Source: a virus
Direction: 5' to 3' (one strand)
Virus record (IMG/VR): IMGVR_UViG_3300045988_135919
Span: 1-56,024 of that record
Length of the DNA stretch: 56,024 bases
Within the stretch, counting starts at the first letter, position 1. Each line of letters starts with the position of its first letter. The notes below the pieces were generated by a model, which made no database searches, was not told the DNA's origin, and saw only the letters and a program-made list of their open reading frames with translations. Of this stretch, positions 35,456 through 42,355 are shown piece after piece. A program made the translations under genes and the position numbers.

Positions 35456-36432
35456 ATAAAACAAAAATGTGTACCAATACCTACAAATTAGAAAGGAGGT
35501 GATTTGGTACACGCACAAAATAAAATGAAAAACATCGAATTGGGAGTAGGTCCACAACGCCCTACATATAAATTACACATAATGACTAACGAACATTCAT
35601 ATTACATAAAAAAGGAAGCCTTGTAATAAATATTTAAATTATGTGTATTACTGGAAGTGGATAGTCCCCCTAAGGTCTGACCTTTCACAGTTTTCCCAAT
35701 AATTTTGTTCTTTAAAAAAATTATAAGCGGTGCTTCTCGCACTAATATAATATGAACATTTATTATTCAGCCACTAGGAAGTGTTGGTCCTGAGAGGGAG
35801 CTACCGTCTTTCCTCCAACACCTTTTGATCCTACGTAAGAGTGATACTTGCAACTTTCACACGAATTAGACTTTAATACTTTCATTCGCTAACCAGGCGA
35901 TAATTAAATATGTAGATTTGTGCTACTCATACGAAGGACTAATCTTATACCTTTCTCACGAAAGTTCAACTACATACTCACTTATTTTGATATTACAACT
36001 CCTCTTGGGTTATCAAGCCCATAAGTTCTATTGCCTTATTCCGAACATGGATGCAAACCACCCATGCCATTTCAGATTGTGTAAGCGACTAGCCTTCTGC
36101 TTTACAAACTCTCATACCATACCACCATTATCTCTTTTCATGCTTTGCATGTTCCATTCTCCAGTTTCCCTTCAAATCACTCAATCCATCTATCGTATCC
36201 GACAAACTAATAAGTACAAGATAATGTCCATACTGTGTTTCGCACAGTCTTTCATATGGTTCGCTTATAAACTTCTTAAAAAATAAAATTGTGATGCACT
36301 AAGATATTGTTATTTGAGAGAATAATCAAGAAAGTTGTTATCCAACTTAGGATTATTCCGGATGAATATTTTTTTACGAGTGTGATACTCCTATCACTAC
36401 AATTTCTCTTTTTAAGAAATATTATCTCAATG
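35456..36432 (-). ncRNA. ORF-free, hairpin-dense ~1-kb RNA upstream of the tRNA (large structured ncRNA candidate, ROOL/GOLLD-like context)
   Basis: No minus-strand ORF >=60 aa. Own promoter and terminator. G+C-richer core around 35640-36290. Many local helices, e.g. CUUUC-GUGA-GAAAG at 35951-64. Confidence 0.5.
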
Positions 36433-36439
36433 CAATTTA

Positions 36440-36468
36440 ATAATACCATATCAGACATTAAAAGTCAA
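36440..36468 (-). promoter_or_regulatory. Promoter (TTGACT-17-TGgTATTAT) driving the ncRNA-tRNA unit
   Basis: -35 at 36463-68, -10 at 36440-45. Lies 3 nt after the mazG stop. Confidence 0.65.
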
Positions 36469-36470
36469 TA

Positions 36471-36779
36471 CTATTTTTCATAATATTTTGATTTTATTCT
36501 GTCATGTGTTCTTTCCAACTTATAATCCATGAAAGGATCTAATTCTTCCTTTTTAATATCATATTTCGCAATAAATTCCGTTAAAAGAACCAACATATCG
36601 CCCATTTCCTCAATAACATGCTCTCTACACATATTCTCAAAAGCACTACCGCCTAAATGAGATGACATTACATCTTCATAATTATCAACCGCTTCTAAAA
36701 ATTCAAAACATTCTTCATTTAACTTCTTCATTTGATTACGAACACCGAAGTATTCTATTATGTCAAGGTACGCTTTCAT
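36471..36779 (-). CDS. mazG: MazG-like nucleotide pyrophosphohydrolase
   Basis: 102 aa. KLNEECFEFLEAV...VIEEMGDMLVLLTEF (EExxE / ExxD helices). Confidence 0.75.
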   Translation of the reverse strand: MKAYLDIIEYFGVRNQMKKLNEECFEFLEAVDNYEDVMSSHLGGSAFENMCREHVIEEMGDMLVLLTEFIAKYDIKKEELDPFMDYKLERTHDRIKSKYYEK

Positions 36780-36867
36780 TAAATCATCTCCATTATAATT
36801 ATACTAAAAAAGAGGTTACGAAACAAGATATACGGGATAAAAAAAGTACCAAACAGCACTCTTTTTA

Positions 36868-37263
36868 TTATTTATATACTCTCTCTAGATATTCACTACG
36901 AATTAATCTTTTACCTTTTCTCGTATATCTATCCCTATTCTTGTACTCAAACTCACTAAGAATCTCACCAATATTTTCTAAGTTTTCATCATCCAAGTGT
37001 CTTTTTATTTTCATATCGTGCATTTCACTTGTAATAAGTGAAAACTTATGATAATCATGTGCTTCAATAACATGAAGATATTGATGCGGCATTGTAAACA
37101 AAATAACACCGTTTTCATATGAATAAGGACCACCATGTCTATTCGCAATCAAATAATGATGAAACGTAGGAATATCACCTTTCCTTTGATAATATCCCAT
37201 AAAATCCAAACCTCGTTCATATATTTTAAAATTCTTAATAAGTTGTTTCGTAACCTCTTTCAA
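36868..37263 (-). CDS. HNH endonuclease (packaging-module type)
   Basis: 131 aa. FHHYLIANRHGGPYSYENGVILFTMPHQYLH (H-N-H spacing). Confidence 0.6.
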   Translation of the reverse strand: MKEVTKQLIKNFKIYERGLDFMGYYQRKGDIPTFHHYLIANRHGGPYSYENGVILFTMPHQYLHVIEAHDYHKFSLITSEMHDMKIKRHLDDENLENIGEILSEFEYKNRDRYTRKGKRLIRSEYLERVYK

Positions 37264-37278
37264 TTTTATACCTCGCTT

Positions 37279-38226
37279 TTATTCTTTTATATGTCTTGAT
37301 TGCCTACGTTTTTCCGATATTTTCTTTTGATGCAAGTATTCTTTTTTCTGTGCCGCATCACCATACTTCATAACAACTTCTTCGTACTTTCCTGTACGAA
37401 TTAAATGTTTCTTCCATTTTCGCATCTCTTCATAAAAATCAAGACCAACAAGTGTATATAATTTAACAAGAAATTCTTCTCTTTCCATACGTGGTATACC
37501 TCTAACTAAAAAATCTCCATTACCTTCCTTCCAATATTGTCCTTGTGTATTTTTAACTTTTTTTTCTTTTTCTTTTCTTTTTTTCGCTCTTTTCGCAGTT
37601 TTACAAGCAGCGTCTACTTTACTCTTACATCTTCTGCAAACATGTCCATAGGTACATCCTCTTGGATTTGTCTTCGATTTAACAGGAATAAAAAATTCAT
37701 CCGTAAATGGGAGCCAATTCTCACACACCTTACACCATCTTTTATTCTCAGGATTTTCTTCTAAAAGAACACGTGCACGCCTTAAGAACTCTTCATCTCG
37801 TTCTCTAATGACTTTTTTTTTTACAACTTCCTTCGCAATATCCATATTCTCTCTATATGTTTTATCGATATTTTTTACAAATTTACGCACAGGATCAAAT
37901 TCTGAAGGAATTAAGAATCGTAAACCATCTTTTCTAATCGTAAGTATCTCCGTTTTTGCGTCATATGTTGCGATAATCCTAAGTCCTATTCTGTTTAAAT
38001 CCGCAACCAAATGCCACTCTGATGAAACATCATCTAAACTTTCAACTTTACTAACATCTTGCTCTTTCTCGTACCGAATATAATAATCTGAGCAAATAAA
38101 AGTTTTTATACGAGTTTTTACAATATCTCTATCCTCAAGATACTTGTTATGAAAAATATCTCCTCCCTGTTTATCTAAATCATTAACATCATTAATATCA
38201 CCGATTTTCAAATCTTCATTTTTCAT
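37279..38226 (-). CDS. Hypothetical protein with Cys cluster and Lys-rich segment
   Basis: 315 aa. CKVCENW...C..GHVCRRCKSKVDAACKTAKRAKKRKEKEKK. Confidence 0.6.
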   Translation of the reverse strand: MKNEDLKIGDINDVNDLDKQGGDIFHNKYLEDRDIVKTRIKTFICSDYYIRYEKEQDVSKVESLDDVSSEWHLVADLNRIGLRIIATYDAKTEILTIRKDGLRFLIPSEFDPVRKFVKNIDKTYRENMDIAKEVVKKKVIRERDEEFLRRARVLLEENPENKRWCKVCENWLPFTDEFFIPVKSKTNPRGCTYGHVCRRCKSKVDAACKTAKRAKKRKEKEKKVKNTQGQYWKEGNGDFLVRGIPRMEREEFLVKLYTLVGLDFYEEMRKWKKHLIRTGKYEEVVMKYGDAAQKKEYLHQKKISEKRRQSRHIKE

Positions 38227-38271
38227 ATAACCACCAACTTACTTATATCTTACTCATATTCTACTTAAATT

Positions 38272-38412
38272 TTATCTATTTTTACCGAATAATGATGCCA
38301 CCATCGCAAGTACAACCATACAAAGTAAAATAAATACGAGTATTAAAAACGCTGTTAAGCATAAATGTAGCGTCTTCTCCTCAAAAGCTGTTAACACAAA
38401 TTTTAAAATCAT
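38272..38412 (-). CDS. Possible 46-aa membrane peptide
   Basis: MILKFVLTAFEEKTLHLCLTAFLILVFILLCMVVLAMVASLFGKNR. The longer track ORF crosses a terminator and promoter. Weak RBS. Confidence 0.3.
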   Translation of the reverse strand: MILKFVLTAFEEKTLHLCLTAFLILVFILLCMVVLAMVASLFGKNR

Positions 38413-38436
38413 TCTATCACTCTCTTTCTTTACATA

Positions 38437-38465
38437 ATTATATAATAAAAACGAATATAAAGCAA
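38437..38465 (-). promoter_or_regulatory. Promoter (TTGCTT-17-TATAAT) heading the HNH/mazG transcription unit
   Basis: -35 at 38460-65, -10 at 38437-42. Confidence 0.6.
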
Positions 38466-38472
38466 GTTGTGT

Positions 38473-38523
38473 AAAAAAAAAGAACCCTAGGTGAAGTAAT
38501 ATTTCAAAGGGGGACACCTAGGG
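38473..38523 (-). terminator. Strong rho-independent terminator
   Basis: Minus strand reads CCCTAGGTG-(21 nt)-CACCTAGGG followed by TTCTTTTTTTTT. Confidence 0.7.
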
Positions 38524-38666
38524 CGAGGATTTAAGGTTTCACTAATATATGATTATGCACTAAACAAATGTGAACCATCAACATTGTAGAAAAAATTGCT
38601 CACGTAGCACTCTCTACTGCACTACATCCTAATTATATCAAATAAAATAAAAAATGTCAACCAATA

Positions 38667-38801
38667 TCAAATAAATATAACACACAACACCACAAATAGT
38701 AACAATAAAAGAAATGATAAACATGATAAAAACCAACTAACCATAACTTTCTCATTTTTTATAGTATTTATAAATTCTTTAAAGATTCTAACAATTTCCA
38801 T
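38667..38801 (-). CDS. Possible 44-aa tail-anchored membrane peptide
   Basis: MEIVRIFKEFINTIKNEKVMVSWFLSCLSFLLLLLFVVLCVIFI. AGGTGG RBS. Below the track cutoff. Confidence 0.35.
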   Translation of the reverse strand: MEIVRIFKEFINTIKNEKVMVSWFLSCLSFLLLLLFVVLCVIFI

Positions 38802-38840
38802 ACGTCCACCTACTTTATAATGTTATTATATCATATAAAT

Positions 38841-38868
38841 ATAAAAAGAAAAAGAGCATTCGCTCTTT
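38841..38868. terminator. Hairpin AAAGAGC-attc-GCTCTTT (terminator on minus, partial on plus)
   Basis: 7-bp stem. Minus-strand read is followed by TTCTTTTTAT. Confidence 0.5.
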
Positions 38869-39022
38869 TCTAGAAGTTTTTAGTATTTTAGAACTTTTTG
38901 CTATATTAAGCTAATGCTATGGATATTCACGCAACAGATTGTACCAAATCCATTGCTAATTAAATTATATCAAATCACCCATCCCATGTCAACATTTTTT
39001 CGCAAACTTTTAAAAAAGTTTT

Positions 39023-39051
39023 TACAAACTTTATACAAACTTTATACAAAC
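39023..39051. repeat. Tandem 11-mer TACAAACTTTA x2.6
   Basis: Read directly. Lies 65-90 nt upstream of the -35 at 39115. Confidence 0.8.
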
Positions 39052-39114
39052 CCATCACAAATGTAAAGATTGTGTAAAATATGAAAAAATCAATACAAAT
39101 ATGTTACTAAAACA

Positions 39115-39144
39115 TTGACATGGATGATGTTAATATGATATTAT
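39115..39144 (+). promoter_or_regulatory. Promoter (TTGACA-18-TGaTATTAT)
   Basis: Shares ATGT(T)ACTAAAACAyTTGAC...TAATATGATA with the promoter at 40196. Confidence 0.6.
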
Positions 39145-39709
39145 CAAGTTGTGATTGAGGAAAAAGTCAAAATTATTCAAAGAGTCTAAAAATATTAAAG
39201 AAAATCATACAAACCTTAAAATTATACACTTATTCGTATCAATGAATGATTACAATTAAACCTTTGTAGGTCCAAAAAGACCTCAATCATGTAGTAATAT
39301 CTTATAATCCATACTATTTAATTATCTATGTTTAATGACCGGTAAAATTAAGCAACATTAAACAATATTATGAAAGAAGAGGTGAAAAACCACTTCCTAT
39401 CTATCTAATATATACAAACAGTATATATCTATCTATAGTTAGATTAGTATGGATTATATTTGTTGTTTTTTACAACATACGATAATAGATATTAGCATGG
39501 AGATGTTTATGTTATATAATGTACAGTGTGCATTGCACATCGCACATCGTGCAAAAAGTATTACCAATGATATTAAATAAAGAAATCATAGTTACCATCA
39601 CCTTTATATGCAACTATGCAACATTTAAAGAATAAGAAAAAATCTCTAAATATAAACGTTTCCATGGTACTATCTATCGTAGTACCAAATTGTCTTCTAA
39701 TTTAAATCG

Positions 39710-39739
39710 CCCATTCTCACAATGAGAGTGGGATTTTTA
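39710..39739 (+). terminator. Rho-independent terminator
   Basis: CCCATTCTCA-caa-TGAGAGTGGG (10 bp, one G-U) followed by ATTTTTA. Confidence 0.75.
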
Positions 39740-39768
39740 TTGACATTAGTGCTAGGTTTTGGTATAAT
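39740..39768 (+). promoter_or_regulatory. Promoter (TTGACA-17-TGgTATAAT)
   Basis: -35 at 39740-45, -10 at 39763-68. Abuts the preceding terminator. Confidence 0.7.
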
Positions 39769-39774
39769 GTATTT

Positions 39775-39910
39775 GAGGTTCTTATTTCTTTGTTTCAAAT
39801 TTATATCATCCTCTAAACGATAATTTGTTAGACAAATAAGAATCTTAAGCTAAATATTATTTTTTTATTTTTTTTCAATGGAAGAGAGATGAGTTTCTCT
39901 TCTTTTTTTA
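39775..39910 (+). ncRNA. Candidate ~135-nt sRNA (promoter to terminator, no ORF)
   Basis: Long stem 39775-39787/39834-39846, a U-rich spacer, and terminator GAAGAGA-gatgagtt-TCTCTTC+T7 (39880-39910). Confidence 0.5.
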
Positions 39911-40137
39911 TTACTTAGGAATGATTGAGCTATTGCTTTTTATGTAAATAGAATAGTTATGGTTTTAGGGATGATGATTGTGAGAATTTAAGTATATGGA
40001 GGATATTAGAATTAGGTAAGGAGTTTTGAAAATTAAATTTTGCTCGAGCACCTAATTCAAAGCCTGGGGGTATGGGGTGCGTATAGGGGGAACCCCCTAA
40101 GCCCTATGGTTTTCGACTGGGTAAAATATAGGGATAA

Positions 40138-40151
40138 CGAACAGTTGTTCG
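40138..40151. promoter_or_regulatory. Perfect Cheo (Gram-positive LexA/SOS) box CGAACagttGTTCG
   Basis: Matches CGAAC-N4-GTTCG exactly. Lies 44 bp upstream of the -35 at 40196. Confidence 0.5.
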
Positions 40152-40195
40152 TCATTAAAAACATTAAAAAATTATAATAAAATGTACTAAAACAC

Positions 40196-40224
40196 TTGAC
40201 TTATAAAGTCTAATATGATACAAT
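40196..40224 (+). promoter_or_regulatory. Promoter (TTGACT-17-TGaTACAAT)
   Basis: -35 at 40196-201, -10 at 40219-24. Confidence 0.65.
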
Positions 40225-40254
40225 ATATATGTAAATAAAGAAAGGAGCAATGTT

Positions 40255-40488
40255 ATGATACTAAGTAGAAAACAGGTCATAGAGCTATCAAAAACATTAG
40301 ACGCTAAGGACATAACAAACAGTAATAGTGAAGATGTAACAAGATTATATATAACGGAAAGAGGTTTTACAACAATTGCATATTCATTTGGTACTTATGG
40401 CCTTAACTCTTGCTTATGTAAAGGAAATACAAGCAATAATATGTTCGTAATAACAGCTAGAAACACCAACTTATTTATTATTATGTAA
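40255..40488 (+). CDS. Hypothetical protein
   Basis: 77 aa. AAAGGAG RBS. First gene after promoter 40196. Confidence 0.6.
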   Translation: MILSRKQVIELSKTLDAKDITNSNSEDVTRLYITERGFTTIAYSFGTYGLNSCLCKGNTSNNMFVITARNTNLFIIM

Positions 40489-40499
40489 AGGTGTCTATA

Positions 40500-40652
40500 A
40501 TGAAAAATAAGCTATTAAAAATTAAATGGGACTTAATAACCCTACTTCAAACTAACAAACAAGCTTTTGAAGAAACAAAAGACTTGTATATCGCTAATAA
40601 TATAGAAGAACTAAACAAAATAATAAATAAACTTGATAACTTGCTTAATTAA
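40500..40652 (+). CDS. Possible 50-aa helical protein
   Basis: AAGGTG RBS 6 nt upstream. Below the track cutoff. Confidence 0.4.
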   Translation: MKNKLLKIKWDLITLLQTNKQAFEETKDLYIANNIEELNKIINKLDNLLN

Positions 40653-40733
40653 CAACTTTTGTGTAATCTAGCTTATACACGTTCCAAGCCGTGATGAGAA
40701 ATAGAGAGGACGCAAAAAAGAAAGGGTTATAAT

Positions 40734-40913
40734 ATGTACAAAATAATATTATATCAAGTAATTATTACCCCTAAAACGAGGGGTAAAGTCATAGACAAAA
40801 AAACTATTGCAACATATAGACATATTAACAAAAGAGACTTATCTACTAAGTCAATAGAAATCAAGAAAAAGTTTTCAACATGGAATACTTGCCTTGAATT
40901 TATAAAGGAGTGA
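40734..40913 (+). CDS. Possible 59-aa basic protein
   Basis: Weak RBS (AAAGGG). Below the track cutoff. Confidence 0.3.
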   Translation: MYKIILYQVIITPKTRGKVIDKKTIATYRHINKRDLSTKSIEIKKKFSTWNTCLEFIKE

Positions 40914-40918
40914 TTAAA

Positions 40919-41047
40919 ATGATAACATGGTTTATAATAAAATTGTTAAAACATTCAATAAAAAGCATGCGATTTATGTTCAAGCTTATGATATGTATAA
41001 TTCTAAGCCCTTTTTGGTTTATAATGGGAGTAATAAAAACGAAGTAA
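40919..41047 (+). CDS. Possible 42-aa hydrophobic peptide
   Basis: MITWFIIKLLKHSIKSMRFMFKLMICIILSPFWFIMGVIKTK. AAGGAG lies 8 nt upstream. Competes with track ORF 40927-41151. Confidence 0.35.
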   Translation: MITWFIIKLLKHSIKSMRFMFKLMICIILSPFWFIMGVIKTK

Positions 41048-41151
41048 TAAACGTGAATATTACTCTTTTAATCGTGCCTATAATATCCGTTATAGGTAGG
41101 GTTAAAAGAATAATAAAGGGTTGTTTGTTCCTTGAAAATTTATGTTATTAA
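40927..41151 (+). CDS. Alternative-frame 74-aa ORF (weak)
   Basis: No RBS of its own. Overlaps the better-signalled 40919 peptide. Confidence 0.2.
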   Translation: MVYNKIVKTFNKKHAIYVQAYDMYNSKPFLVYNGSNKNEVINVNITLLIVPIISVIGRVKRIIKGCLFLENLCY

Positions 41152-41311
41152 TATACGTTATAAACGTATAAAACCCTCATTTTTCAACACTTTATAAACA
41201 CGAACAGGAAGTGTAAACCGAACAAGTGTTTGAGTGTAAAGCGAATAGATGTTTGTGTGTTTTAGGAGACAATCTTTAGTGTATCTTAAAATCGAAGTTG
41301 ATAAAAGTTGC

Positions 41312-41348
41312 TTTCGGTGAGATTTTTTTAAGAAAGCAATTTATAACT
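41312..41348 (+). promoter_or_regulatory. Bipartite motif copy A: TTTCGGTG-N21-TTATAACT
   Basis: Read directly. Left flank of the 46-bp palindrome. Confidence 0.6.
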
Positions 41349-41358
41349 CTAACTATTT

Positions 41359-41404
41359 TTTAATATTTTATATATTATTATATAATAATATATAAAATAT
41401 TAAA
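41359..41404. repeat. 46-bp perfect all-A/T palindrome
   Basis: Checked base by base. The centre lies between 41381 and 41382. Confidence 0.95.
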
Positions 41405-41461
41405 CGGTTGATGAACGTTCGTTTCGTGATGAACTTTTTGGAACGATTTTTAAAAAGTTCG

Positions 41462-41498
41462 TTTCGGTGGGAATTTTTGAAGAGTTGAGATTATAACT
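41462..41498 (+). promoter_or_regulatory. Bipartite motif copy B: TTTCGGTG-N21-TTATAACT
   Basis: Read directly. Right flank of the palindrome, same orientation as copy A. Confidence 0.6.
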
Positions 41499-41654
41499 TG
41501 AAGTGTTTTTTTAAAATCAATTCTAATGGCTTAAATTTTAGTTTTAAGGTATGGTAAAGGTGTAAATAGTATGAGAGTACTTAAAATGTCTTTTGTTCGT
41601 TAGAGGGTATTTAAAATGAGTTTGAGAGGGTTGTTGGTTTTTTGTTAGGTGGAA

Positions 41655-41688
41655 AATGAAAAAAATGTAGGTTATTCATCTACATTTT
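41655..41688. terminator. Bidirectional terminator at the terS 3' end
   Basis: AATGTAG-(9 nt)-CTACATT with an A-run upstream and a T-run downstream. The terS stop codon lies in the loop. Confidence 0.65.
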
Positions 41689-42319
41689 CTATGATTTTTT
41701 TAGGGGTGTTCGCTATTTGTTCGCGTAAGGCGATAAGAGATTGGTTTGTGTCAAGCCCTTTATTTTCAAGGTATGACGTGGCGGACGGCTTAATTTCTAC
41801 CACGGTTGACCCGTTTCTTAAATGGAAGTAATTAGCCCCCATAAAAGCGTACGTTCGTGCGTCTAATTTATCATTAACAACATTCTCTTCCAAAATGTAC
41901 TGACAATAGTCCATTGCTTTAGCTAAAACAAAAGCCGTAGGACATATTTCCGGATGAGCTGAATAGTAAATTAACTCATCTCTTCTAATTCCCAAATAAC
42001 TACAGAGTGAACCGATGTGAGGTGTCATATTATAATCATTACAAGCCTTTAAATATTCAATAACCTCATTTCTAGCATATTCAACATTTGTGAATACTGG
42101 TAATAGGTCATTACTATCTCTCTCTGGTAGTCTGTTGAAACTTCTATCAAGCAACATCATATTAAAATTCTTGACGTTAGGCTGGTTCATATACTCTTGA
42201 AGTCTATTACTTCTATCTTGTTTCTTCATAAGTGCCTTGATAGTATCTAATTCTTGCTTAAGTTCATCATCCTTAATCGTTAAATCATTTTGAGCTTTAA
42301 TTGTAGAACGTTCTTTCAT
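41672..42319 (-). CDS. terS: Terminase small subunit-like protein
   Basis: 215 aa from ATG 42319 (GGAGGTG RBS). NEVIEYLKACNDYNMTPHIGSLCSYLGIRRDELIYY...YAFMGANYFHLRN matches the common TerS pattern (..EYF..C...PT..GLA..LGIS..TL..Y...IF.LKN.FGW). Confidence 0.6.
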   Translation of the reverse strand: MKERSTIKAQNDLTIKDDELKQELDTIKALMKKQDRSNRLQEYMNQPNVKNFNMMLLDRSFNRLPERDSNDLLPVFTNVEYARNEVIEYLKACNDYNMTPHIGSLCSYLGIRRDELIYYSAHPEICPTAFVLAKAMDYCQYILEENVVNDKLDARTYAFMGANYFHLRNGSTVVEIKPSATSYLENKGLDTNQSLIALREQIANTPKKIIENVDE

Positions 42320-42355
42320 ATAATGCACCTCCAAACAGTTATTTATCACATCTAC

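Noticed and set aside
35256-35557. Two minus-strand ORFs (35256-35441, 35333-35557) overlapping the tRNA
   Set aside because: They run through the tRNA-Cys gene and its terminator and have no RBS.
35918-36286. 122-aa plus-strand ORF inside the large non-coding region
   Set aside because: It has no RBS or promoter and an odd Cys/His/Leu-rich composition. It runs antisense to a promoter-terminator-bounded unit, so it is more likely a chance ORF in G+C-richer structured-RNA sequence.
35456-36432. ORF-free region considered as a group I/II intron or tmRNA
   Set aside because: It does not interrupt any reading frame: mazG ends with a stop, the next gene has its own promoter, and flanking exon halves are absent. 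No intron-encoded ORF, GUGYG 5' end, domain-V-like hairpin or tmRNA tag ORF was recognised. The adjacent tRNA is a normal tRNA-Cys rather than a tRNA-like domain.
41359-41404. 46-bp palindrome considered as a protelomerase (telRL-type) target of a linear plasmid-prophage
   Set aside because: No protelomerase-sized or tyrosine-recombinase-like ORF exists in the genome. The ends of the contig overlap elsewhere (55950/1).
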